Source: Squalus acanthias (Eukaryota). From it: a stretch of 64,000 bases of DNA. Made by a program: the position numbers and the translations under genes. Below the pieces are notes generated by a model. It had not been told where the DNA came from and searched no databases. It was given only the letters and a program-made list of their open reading frames with translations. Shown here piece after piece: positions 52,735 to 64,000 of this stretch (position 1 is the first letter of the stretch; each line of letters starts with the position of its first letter). The stretch spans positions 35,652,001 to 35,716,000 of the forward strand of contig CM059432.1 in the NCBI GenBank assembly GCA_030390025.1, in the 5' to 3' direction.

Positions 52735-55700
52735 AAATTATACTCCATCTGCCAAATTCTTGCCCACTCACTCACTTAACCTATCTATATCCCTTTGCAG
52801 ACTCTTTATGTCCTCCTCACAACTTGCTTTCCCACCTATCTTTGTATCATCTGCAAATTTGGCAACAATACACTCGCTTCCTTCATCCAAGTCATTAATA
52901 TAGGTTGAAAATAGTTGAGGCCCCAGCACTGATCCCTGTGGCACCCCACTAGTTACAGATTGCCATCCTGAAAATGACCCATTTACCCAGACTCTCTGTT
53001 TTCTGTTAGTTAGCCAATCCTCTATCCAATCTAATATATTACCCCAAACACCATGAGCTCTTATCTTATACAGTAACCTTTTATGTGGCACCTTGTCGAA
53101 TGCATTTTGGAAATCCAAATACACTACATCCACTGGTTCCCCTTTATCCACCCTGCTTGTTACCTCCTCAATGAACTCTAATAGATTTGTCAAACACTGT
53201 TTCTCTTTCATAAAACCATGTTGACTCTGTTTGATTGTATTATGATTTTCTAAATGCCCTGCTATTACTTCCTTACAGTCAGTCCAGAATGGCTGACCCC
53301 TTACCCTGAGACTATAACCCCTAGTTCTAGACTCTCCAGCCAGGGGAAACAGTCTCTCAGCATCTACCCTGTCAAGCCCTGTAAGAATTTTGCATGTTTC
53401 AATGAGCTCACCTCTCATTCTTCAAAACTCCAGAGAATAAAGGCCATTTTACCCAATCTCTCCTCATAGGACAACCCTCTCATCCCAGGAGGAGCGGAGA
53501 AAGTTGTGGAGAGAGGGAAAAGAAGGAGTCTCATCCTTAACAACAAAGAAATATTAATTCCTGGATTTATTTGTTTAATTCTTCTTTCCTTCCAGGAGCC
53601 ACATCCTCCACGTCTTACTGCAGAGAACTCTGCCAGACGCTTAGCGCGATTCGACAGCTACACACTGAACGTCTTTGAGCACCTTGGGCCAACTCAAGTC
53701 TTTCTTTGTTGAGGTAAATAGTTATCCAATTGACCTGTCTAGTGCAGGGGGTAAAGGTATTTAAGGATGGGGACACCCCTTCCCCACTTACATAGAATTA
53801 CATTGACTTTAGAACTCAGAAACGGGCCATTCAGCCCAACTGGTCTATGCCGGTGTTATGCTCCACACGAGCCTCTTCTTACCCTACTTAAGAACGTAAG
53901 AAATAGGAGCAGGAGTAGGCCATTCAGCCCCTCAAGCCTGCTCCACCATTCAATAAGATCATGGCTGATCTTCTACCTCAACTCCACTTTCCTGCACTAT
54001 CCCCATATCCCTTGATTTGCTTAATGTCCAAAAATGTATTGATCTCTGTCTTGAATATACTCAGCGACAGAGCCTCCACAGCCCTCTGGGGTAGAGAATT
54101 CCAAAGATTCACCATCCTTTGAGTGAAGAAATTTCTCCTCATCTCAGTCCTAAATGGCTGACCCCATATTCTGAGACTGTGACCCCTGGTTCTAGACTCC
54201 TCAGCCAGGGGAAACATCCTCCCTGCATCTACCCTGTCAAGCCCTGTAAGAATTTTGTATGTTTCAATGAGATCACCTCTCTTCTAAACTCTAGAGAAAT
54301 ATAGGCCAAGTCTACTGAATCTCTCCTCATAAGACAATTCCACCGCCCCCGCCCCTCCCCCCCCCCCCCCAATCCCAGGAATCATTCTGGTGAACCTACA
54401 TTGCACTCCCTCTATGGCAAGTATATCCTTCCTTAGGTAAGGAGACCAAAACTGTACACAATACTCTAGGTGTGGTCTCACCAGGGCCCAATATAATTGC
54501 GGTAAGACGTCTTTACTCTTATACTCAAATCCTCTTGTAATAAAGGCCAACATACCATTTGCTTTCCTAATTGCTTGCTGTACCTGCATGTTAACCTTCA
54601 GTGATTCGTGTACAAGGACACCCAGGTCCCTCTGAACACCAACATTTCCCAATCTCTCACCATTTAAAAAATACTCTGCTTTTCTATTTTTCCTACCAAA
54701 GTGGATAACTTCACATTTCTCTCCATTATATTCCATTTGCCATGTTCTTGCCCACTCACTTAGCCTGTCTATATCCCCTTGAAGCCTCTTTGCATCCTCC
54801 TCACAGCTTAAATTCCTAGCTTTGTATCTTCAGCAAACTTGGATATATTATATTTGGTCCCCTCATCCAAATCATTGATATAGATTGTGAATAGCTGAGG
54901 CCCAAGCACTGATCCTTGCGGTACCCCACTAGTTACAGCCTGCCAACCCGAAAATGACCCGTTTATTCCTACTCTCTGTTTTCTGTCCGTTAATCAGTCC
55001 TCAATCCATGCTAGTATATTACCCCCAATCCCATGAGTCCTAATTTTGTTTAATAACCTTTTGTGTGGCACCTAACCGTATCAGCACATCCTTCTATTCC
55101 TTTCTCGTTCGTGTACTTATCTAGCTTCCTCTTAAATGCATCTGTGCTCCTCGCCTCAACTACTCCTTGTGGTAGCAAGTTCCACATTCTAACCACTCCC
55201 TAGGTAAACAATTTCTCCTTATTTACTCTGTCATAATCCCTCAGAATTTTGAACACCTCTATTAAATCTTCCCTTAACCTTCTGCTCTAAGAAGAACAAT
55301 CTCATCTTCTCTACTCTCCACATAACTGAAGTTCCTCAATTCTGGTATCATAGAAGATAGGAGCAGGAGTAGGCCATTCGGCCCCTCGAGCCTGCTCTGC
55401 CATTCAATGCGATCATGGCTGATCATCCAAATTCAGTACCCTGTCCCTGCCTTCTCCCCATATCCCTTGATCCCTTTAGCCTTAAGAAATATATCTAACT
55501 CCTTCTTGAATATATTTAATGAATTGGCCTCAACTGCCTTCTGTGGTAGAGAATTCCACAGGTTCACCACTCTCTGGGTGAAGAAATTCCTCTCATCTCA
55601 GTCCTAAATGGCTTACCCCTTATCCTTAGACTGTGACCCCTGGTTCTGGACTCCCCGGCCATCGGGAACATCCTTCCTGCATCTAGTCTGTCTAGTCCTG

Positions 55701-56835
55701 TTAGAATTTTATAAGTTTCAATGAGATCTCCTCTCATTCTTCTAAACTCCAGCGAGTATAAGCCCAATCAACCCAATCTCTCCTCATACGTCATTCCTGC
55801 CATCCCAGGTATCAGTCTGGTGAATCTTCGCTGCACTCCCTCCATGGCAAGAACATTCTTCCTCAGATAAGGCGACCAAAACTGCGCACAATACTCAAGA
55901 TGTGGTCTCACCAAGGCTCTGTACAACTGCAGCAAGACATCCTTGTTCCTGTACTCGAACCCTCTCGCTACGAAGGCCAACATACCATTTGCCTTCTTAA
56001 CCGCCTGCTGCACCTGCATGCTTACCTTCAGCGACTGGTGCACAAGGACACCAGGTCTCGTTGCACTTCCCCTTCTCCCAATCTATTGCCGTTCAGATAA
56101 TAATCTGCCTTCCTGTTTTTGCCACCAAAGTAGATAACCTCGCATTTATCCACATTGTACTGCATTTGCCATGCATCTGCCCAATCACCCAACCTATCCA
56201 AATCATACTGGAGTTTCTCGGCATCCTCCTCACAGCACACACGCCCACCCAGCTTTGTGTCGTCTGCAAACTTGGAGATATTACATCTAGTTCCCTCGTC
56301 TAGATCATTAATATATATTGTGAATAGCTGGGGTCCTAGGACCGATCCCTGCGGTACCCCACTACTCACTGCCTGCCACTCGGAAAAAGACCCGTTTATT
56401 CCAACTCTTTGCTTCCTGTCTACCAACCAGTTCTCTATCCAAGTCAGTAACCTGCCCCCAATCCCATGTGCCTTAACTTTACACGCTAATCTCTTATGCG
56501 GGACCTTATCAAAAGCCTTCTGAAAGTCCAAATACACCACATCCACTGGTTCTCCCTTATCTATTTTACCAGTTACATCCTCAAAAAATTCCAGTAGATT
56601 AGTCAAGCACGATTTACCTTTTGTAAATTCATGTTGACTTTGACCAATCCTGTCACTGTTTTCCAAGTGCTCTGCTATTACATCTTTTATAATAGACTCT
56701 AGCATTTTCCCCACTACCAATGTCAGGCTTACCATCTATAATTCCCCGTTTTCTCTCTACCACCTTTCTTGAATAGTAGGGTAATGTTAGCTACCCTCCA
56801 ATCCATGGGAACTGTTCCAGAGTCTATAGAATTTT
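52735..56835 (-). mobile_element. Cluster of minus-strand CR1 fragments around exon 20 (about 52735-53490, 53890-55075, 55350-56835)
   Basis: ORFs with [28 protein letters not shown]. Confidence 0.88.
53596..53713 (+). CDS. NBEAL2: NBEAL2 exon 20 (EPHPPRL...EHLG[+1 nt]QLKSFFVE), apparent frameshift
   Basis: tccAG / GTAAAT; 118 nt between phase-0 neighbours; removing one base near 53686-53688 restores QLKSFFVE. Confidence 0.85.
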
Positions 56836-56971
56836 GGTATCATTCTGGTAAATTTCCTCTGCACCCTCTCCAAGGCATCTTGATTTTTTTTTGTAAGTTA
56901 ACCCCCTCCAACCCACCCCCCCCCACACCCCCAACGCCCTGCCAAAAAAAGCTGCTGATTTATGTTGTCAT

Positions 56972-57443
56972 GATGCGGAGATGCCGGTGTTGGACTGGGG
57001 TGGACAAAAATGAGAAGTCGCACAACACCAGGTTATAGTCCAACAGTTTTATTTGAAATCACGAGCTTTCGGAGCGCTGCTCCGTCGTCAGGTAAAGTGA
57101 AGGAATACAAATCAGCAAAGCATATATAGACAGAGAACAATGTGTAGCGTACAATGTCAGACGACTACAGTAAATCTTTCTGACTGCCCTCCATCACACC
57201 TCGGCAGAGATACAATCAGGCCAGTCAGGAAGGCATTACATCAAAGACACAGCAAAATACAGCTAAGACAATGAGGTGGGGTCACAGGGGGTCCAACATG
57301 TCAAATGCTGCAGTCTGTATGGTTAAGTTTTTTACTTTTTTTTAAAACTGGAAATCACATCTGTGAACAAGCCAACGACGACTCGAGTCTGGATGACTCT
57401 ACGTCATGTAGTGTGACATGAAACCAAGATCCCGGTTGAGGCC
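56972..57443 (-). mobile_element. Penelope-like element 3' fragment
   Basis: Minus strand 57408-57443 encodes GLNRDLGFMSHY (GIY-YIG C-terminus of vertebrate Penelope elements), followed by a hammerhead-like motif and AATAAA. Confidence 0.75.
57059..57095 (-). ncRNA. Minimal type I hammerhead-ribozyme-like motif
   Basis: UUAC-CUGACGA-C-GGAGC(AGC)GCUCC-GAAA-GC-UC-GUGA. Confidence 0.65.
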
Positions 57444-57936
57444 ACACCCCTAAAAGGCCATGAATGCTGGTCAACTGAAAATGTTCAAGACTGAGATTGG
57501 TAGATTTTTGTTGGGTAAGGTTATCAAGGGATATGGAGCAAGGGCAGGTAAATGGAGTTGAGGTACAGACCAGCCATGATCTGGTTGAATGGCATAACAG
57601 GGTCGAGTGGCTGAATGGTCTACTTCTGTTCCTGTGACTTGAGAGACATTACTAAACGGAGCCTTTGAAGAGTTGAAAGAAGCAAGTTTTTCATTGTAGG
57701 GCATGCGGGAGACGTTAATTTTAAATCTGAGATGGATAGATTTTTGTTAACCAAAGGTATTAAGAGGTATGGGCCAAAGGCGGGTATATGGTTTCAGGTC
57801 GCAGATCAGCCATGATCTCGTTGAATGGCGGAACAGGCTCGAGGAGCTCAATGGCCTACTCCTGTTCCTATGTTCCTAATATATATTAATAACAGAAAGT
57901 GGGAATGCCCACATAACCTGATCCATCTTCTTGCAG

Positions 57937-58026
57937 GGCATCAGCGATGGTATTCCATTGGTGCAGGCCTTGGTGCCAAAAAATCAAGCGCATTCTTTTA
58001 TAACGCAGGGATCTCCGGACGTTCTG
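57937..58026 (+). CDS. NBEAL2: NBEAL2 exon 21 (GISDGIPLVQALVPKNQAHSFITQGSPDVL)
   Basis: tgcAG / GTGAGT, 90 nt, phase 0-0. Confidence 0.93.
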
Positions 58027-58369
58027 GTGAGTAGACAGTGTTGGAAAAACATCAAAATCATCAGGTTCTTTTTTATATATATATATGTATATAACAAAAA
58101 AATTAAACCCGATCACAAATAAGTGTGATTAGCACTTATAGTAACAGTAATAAGGATGTAACATGAGGACTTAATAAATAAATATGGTGTCCAAAAATAC
58201 TTGCATTGAGGTCACTGGCCAACAGTTGTCTGATTATGTACAACAAGGGGAACTGGAGAACTCAATGTGACCGCGAGATTCAGGCTTGCCTGAAGTCTAC
58301 GCCGATCAGTTCACAGAGGACATAGAAACACTTCAAGTCTGGCCTTGAAACTTTGTGACTTCCAACAAG

Positions 58370-58810
58370 GAAGAAAGACTTACATTTATATAGCGCCTTT
58401 CACAATCTCAGGATGTCCCAAAGTGCTTTACAGCTGATAAAGTACTTCTGAAGTGTAGTCACTGTTGTAATGTAGGAAACACAGCAGTCAATTTGCCATC
58501 AGCAATGAGATAAATGACCAAATAATCTGTTTTAAGTGTTGGTAGAGGGATAAATGCTGGCCAGGACACCAGGAGAACTCCCCTACTCTCTTCGAATAGT
58601 GCCTTGGGATCTTTTATGTCTACCTGAAAGGGCAGATGGGTCTGTTTAATGTCTCAACCAAATGACGGCATCTCCAACAGTGCAGCACTCCCTCAGTATT
58701 GCACTGGAGTGTCAGACCAGATTTTGTGCACAAATTTCTGGAGTGGGGCTTGAACCCACAACCTTCAGACTCCGAGGTGAGAATGCTACCATTGAGCCAC
58801 GGCTGACACC
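58370..58810 (-). mobile_element. Deu-domain SINE
   Basis: Homologous to other copies. Confidence 0.78.
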
Positions 58811-60489
58811 TAATTGAAGGGGATAGGCGGGTTATCAATCAATTCTGACAAAACACAAAGGTATGGCTGCTCAGTGCAAAACCAAACCTTCAATTCCTAA
58901 GTCCTAAACTAGACTGATTTCAGTTTATTTCAAAGAAAATGTTTTCTTCTTGCAACTGGTAATAGCAACTGTGATGAAGTAACTAAAGAGTTGCAGAAAA
59001 GAGCGGGACAGGACTTTGTGTGAAATTGTGTGCAACCGCTGAGTACTAGGAACACATCGAAATCTGGCCCTTGTAGAGTATTTTCCCAGCTTAGATCAGT
59101 TCAGAATTAAGCTCATTGGGTGTGGTATTGGGCCATGGCAGGAAAACAAAGGTTCTAGATTAAATTCATGTGCTGAGTTAGTTGATCTCATCCAGAACAG
59201 CAGTAGTGAGCTGCAGTTAGCTTCAGCCGGGGATCCTATTCCTGATCAACACCTGGTGCAAAGCGCAGTACATGGACATCAGGTAAGAATAGGATTGAGC
59301 TCAACACAGTCAAAGAGCCTGCTCACTGTCCAGATTCGGGTATGAAGAATGGATCTTGTATGAGGTGTTGGGGTGGGAGGGGGGCACCCGTCATGAGTCA
59401 AGGCCTTCAGGAGAAATGGGGAGAAAATCCGACGCAATAAAAACTTCTGAGCCCCGATTTTAATCCGGAGTGGGATTCAGGCAGGTGGGGACTAGGGTAA
59501 TCGCCAAACCAGTCTCTTTCCTGGCACCCGCCCTCAGCAGCGTGAGGCCCAGGTGCTTTAACTCCAGGAGAGGAAGGTCAGCACTGAAGGGACGTTCGCC
59601 GGCAAGAAGGGAAGTCACAGAGATGGGGGTTTTGGAAGGGTCTCGCAGAAGGGAAGACCTAATCTTTCCTTGTGGGCTACAAAAGAGAACTCCTTCTCCT
59701 CTTGACCCCACAAGGAAAGTAAAAAAAAAGTTACCTTAAATGGCTTTTTCTAGTCCTGAATCCTCTTCCCGCTCTCTTCACTTGATGGGAATGCCGCAGC
59801 AGCTTCCCTGCTCAGGCTAGAGTTAAAATGGCAGTCGTGGCTCGATGACATCATCGGACCCCGACCTGCATAATTAAAGAAGGACCCTGCCAGGCTCCCT
59901 TGCCACCTGTTCAGAAGAGTAGGTTAAAATCGAATGTGGCGGAATCCAGGTGGGAGGTCACAGGTATGTCGCCTGGCTGAATATAACTGCCCACCTACTG
60001 GGCAAGTAGGGTTGATATTGCCCCTCTAGCCTCTGGGATAGTGGTCACTGTGAAATGCAGTGTTCAAGTTGCATATCCCCAAGAACCACACCATCATACT
60101 GTTAGTAAACATTCTCTAAATGCGCAGTTCAGCCCCTCTAGTTCAAGCATATATAACTAAATCTAGACCATCCAATTTCATGAGTAATCCCCATCTGGTA
60201 GTTGTTGGCAAAGATCTTTTTTTTTCCAATTCTAAATACCTTTTTGTGTACATAATGGGGGAGGAGCTAACCATGCATGGGTGAAAATACAGCAAACACA
60301 CTCGTGCCAAATGGTCCCGTCACGCTGCACAATGTGAGCCCAGTTTGCATTCACGCGTGCACCATTGGCCTAGTTTTTTACATGCCTCAACCCAGCCCAG
60401 TTTTTGGACTGGACTGGACTGAAGCTGGTCAGCCCATTGCATTTGTTACTGTTCCCGGGCACTACTTGTTGATTCTTTGTTTCTGTCAG

Positions 60490-60599
60490 GTCACAGTGAG
60501 TGTGAACGGTTTGATAGGAACTCATGGCTGGCTGCCATATGACAAAAATATTTCCAATTACTTCACCTTCACCCGGGATCCGATCGTCTCTAATGCGAA
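60490..60599 (+). CDS. NBEAL2: NBEAL2 exon 22 (VTVSVNGLIGTHGWLPYDKNISNYFTF)
   Basis: gtcAG / GTAAGT, phase 0-2. Confidence 0.93.
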
Positions 60600-60689
60600 G
60601 TAAGTACACTTTGAGATGGCTTCAGTTCTATAATCTACACAACTCCACCATAATTCTGACTCGATGTCTCCTTTAACGCTCGCACACAG

Positions 60690-61140
60690 ACTCCTAAGTC
60701 ACCATCTCCTTTAACACTCACACTAACCCCCCCTAGTGTTACCATCTCCTTTAACACTCACACTGACCCCTAGAGTCACCATCTCGTTTACCACTCACAC
60801 TGACCCCTAGAGTTACTGTCTCCTTTAATACTCACACTGACCCCTAGAGTTACTGTCTCCTTTAATACTCACACTGACCCCTAGAGTTACTGTCTTCTTT
60901 AATACTCACACTGACCCCTAGAGTTACTGTCTCCTTTAACACTCACACTGACCCCTAGAGTCACCATCTCCTTTAACACTCACATACTGACCCCTAGAGT
61001 CACCATCTCCTTTAACACTCACATACTGACCCCTAGAGTCACCATCTCCTTTAACACTCACACTGACCCCTAGAGTCACCATCTCGTTTACCACTCACAC
61101 TGACCCCTAGAGTTACTGTCTCCTTTAACACTCACACTGA
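60690..61140 (+). repeat. 37-39 bp minisatellite, about 12 copies
   Basis: Unit CCTAGAGTCACCATCTCCTTTAACACTCACACTGACC. Confidence 0.92.
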
Positions 61141-61182
61141 ACTGATTTCCTTATTTTATCCTTTTTATTATTATTTTGTCAG

Positions 61183-61355
61183 GACTCAGCGCTTCCTGTC
61201 AGGGCCATTTGCTCCCGGTGTCGATTTATCGCCAAAGATCCTCGCTGTTTCCCACGACGGAAAACTTCTCTTCAGTGGCGGTCACTGGGACAACAGCCTC
61301 CGGGTTACATCGCTCAGCAAGGGCAAAGTGACGGGGCACATCATGAGGCACATAG
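61183..61355 (+). CDS. NBEAL2: NBEAL2 exon 23, WD40 (TQRFLSGPF...DGKLLFSGGHWDNSLRV)
   Basis: gtcAG / GTCAGT, phase 2-1. Confidence 0.94.
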
Positions 61356-61676
61356 GTCAGTGACGGCCGATCTTCATCGCCGTATTCTTACTTTTACTGT
61401 GCTCATCAAAAATGACAGGAAATAAAAATGAGCCAGGTTAGGTACAGTGCGGTTTAGATATGGAGTAAATCTCTCATCTACATTGTCGCATCAAATATTC
61501 CCAGGGCAGGTACAGCACAGGTTAGATACAGAATAAAGCTCCCTCTATACTGTCTCAATGTCATTTTGGCCCAGCAGATTCTATTATCTCCATTTACATC
61601 ACAGCACCTTGGAGTCTTTCAACCAGCAGAGAAATTAGATTTTTATTCAATAAGCTTGGTCTAAATTTCAACCTAG

Positions 61677-62090
<414 letters not shown>

Positions 62091-62429
62091 TAGTGAAAAG
62101 AATGACATTGTAAGAGTGTGTTGGAGCTGCTGACCAGAGCGCTTTTCGGTGATGGGACAAAAGCAAAATCCTCGGATGCTGGAAATTTGAAATAAAAACA
62201 GAAAATGCTGGAAATACTCAACAGGTCATGTAGCATCAGTGATGGGAGATTGGTTTGCACTCTCATCCCATTTCATCTCCTCTCCTGCCCCATCTCAGGC
62301 AGGGAGAGGGCACGCCAAGGGGAGTCTGGGGGCCGCCTTCTGTGTTTGTTTTTCATGAACTCGCATACTCAATATATGTTGGATGGTCAGATATTGTTTT
62401 TAGTTTTTCACTGGTCTGCACATTTACAT

Positions 62430-63108
<679 letters not shown>

Positions 63109-63179
63109 TAAGTTAGTATCATTTAGTGCCTCGGATGTTGAAGCTGAGCAGGATCCGTCTGCTGTCCACCCTGTATATG

Positions 63180-63490
63180 TAGCCTCCTTCACCCTGCAAC
63201 CCTCAGAGAACTCTGCGTGCCTCCGACTCTGGTCTTTTGTCCATCCCCCACTTCTTTCACCCCATCATTGGTGGCTGTGCCTTCAGCCATCTAGGCCCTA
63301 AGCTCAGGAATTCCCTCTCCGCCTCTCCCTCCTCCTTTAAAACCCTCCTTAAAACCTACCTCTTTGACCAAACTTTTAATATCTCCTTCTTTGGCTGGGT
63401 ATCAGCTTTGGCCAATTCCACTCCTGTGAAGCGCCTTGGGATGTTTTCTGCATTAAAGACACCTTATAACTGTAAGTTGTTGTTGTTGTT
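63180..63490 (+). mobile_element. L2 LINE 3' fragment
   Basis: IGGCAFS..GPKLRNSL..FKTLLKTYLF; (GTT)n tail. Confidence 0.75.
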
Positions 63491-64000
63491 GAGGCTGGAG
63501 CAGCAATTGTGGCCCTACAATTAACCTCGGAACCTGTGGTCTAGGGTAGTATTGTCTAACAGGTTAGCTACTAATCACATGCGGCTAATTGGGAATCTAG
63601 ATGTGGATAATTGTATTTCTAATTAGTAATTAAAAAATGAGTAACAGACACTATCGTTAGGCACGTGATCGTAATACTCATAATCACGGCGTATGCACGT
63701 GGATTGTTAACCTTTTTGTACATTTGTTGGTAAAATGGTAAGACAAGAAATAGTGTGCGCGCGCACGAGTGTTTTTTGATCGTTGAGTGCTTTACTTCCT
63801 TAGTCACTGAATGGTGCTCAATGTTTAAGTAAAATATACACACATGAAGTGCATGTACCTGCATTGTGTGAATGTGTGTAAGGCGCTTTCTATTAAAAAT
63901 AGTGCATATGGCTAAAACAGTGTTGCCGTAGTCACACCTATAGCTAGGTGATGATTTCTACTTGGCAACACTGGTCTAGGGAGGGAAGAAATATAAGCCG

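Noticed and set aside
52768..53418. Permuted RT ORF (C-terminal motifs before RT core)
   Set aside because: Chance in-frame junction of two CR1 fragments
59450..60025. Possible MITE with degenerate terminal inverted repeats
   Set aside because: Ends and TSD could not be defined by eye

Overview
Eukaryotic genomic DNA, most likely from a cartilaginous fish (shark), judged from HE1/V-SINE, Deu-SINE, CR1, L2, RTE and Penelope repeats. The + strand carries 25 consecutive internal coding exons of a BEACH-domain gene best matching NBEAL2 (Ser-rich region, DUF4800-like region, PH, BEACH, start of WD40). All have GT-AG borders and compatible phases except the exon at 53596-53713, which has an apparent +1 frameshift. 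Start and stop codons lie outside the window. The introns are mostly transposon relics. The main feature of interest is a complete, very young Gypsy/Ty3 (Mag-like) LTR retrotransposon at 22128-26607 (minus strand). It has identical 194-bp LTRs, a GGGAA TSD, one open 1316-aa gag-pol ORF, a non-canonical YLDN RT motif and no tRNA-type PBS. At the PBS position is an 11-mer complementary to a segment of its own LTR, suggesting self-priming; the same motif is conserved in a divergent solo LTR at 8546-8754. Also noted: an inverted solo LTR 84 bp away, a duplicated PPT/U3 junction, a Penelope fragment with a minimal hammerhead-like ribozyme, a LINE with a tRNA-like head, and a 67-bp minisatellite that may derive from an LF-SINE-like element. 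Repeat family names come from motif recognition from memory, not database searches, and most repeat boundaries are approximate.
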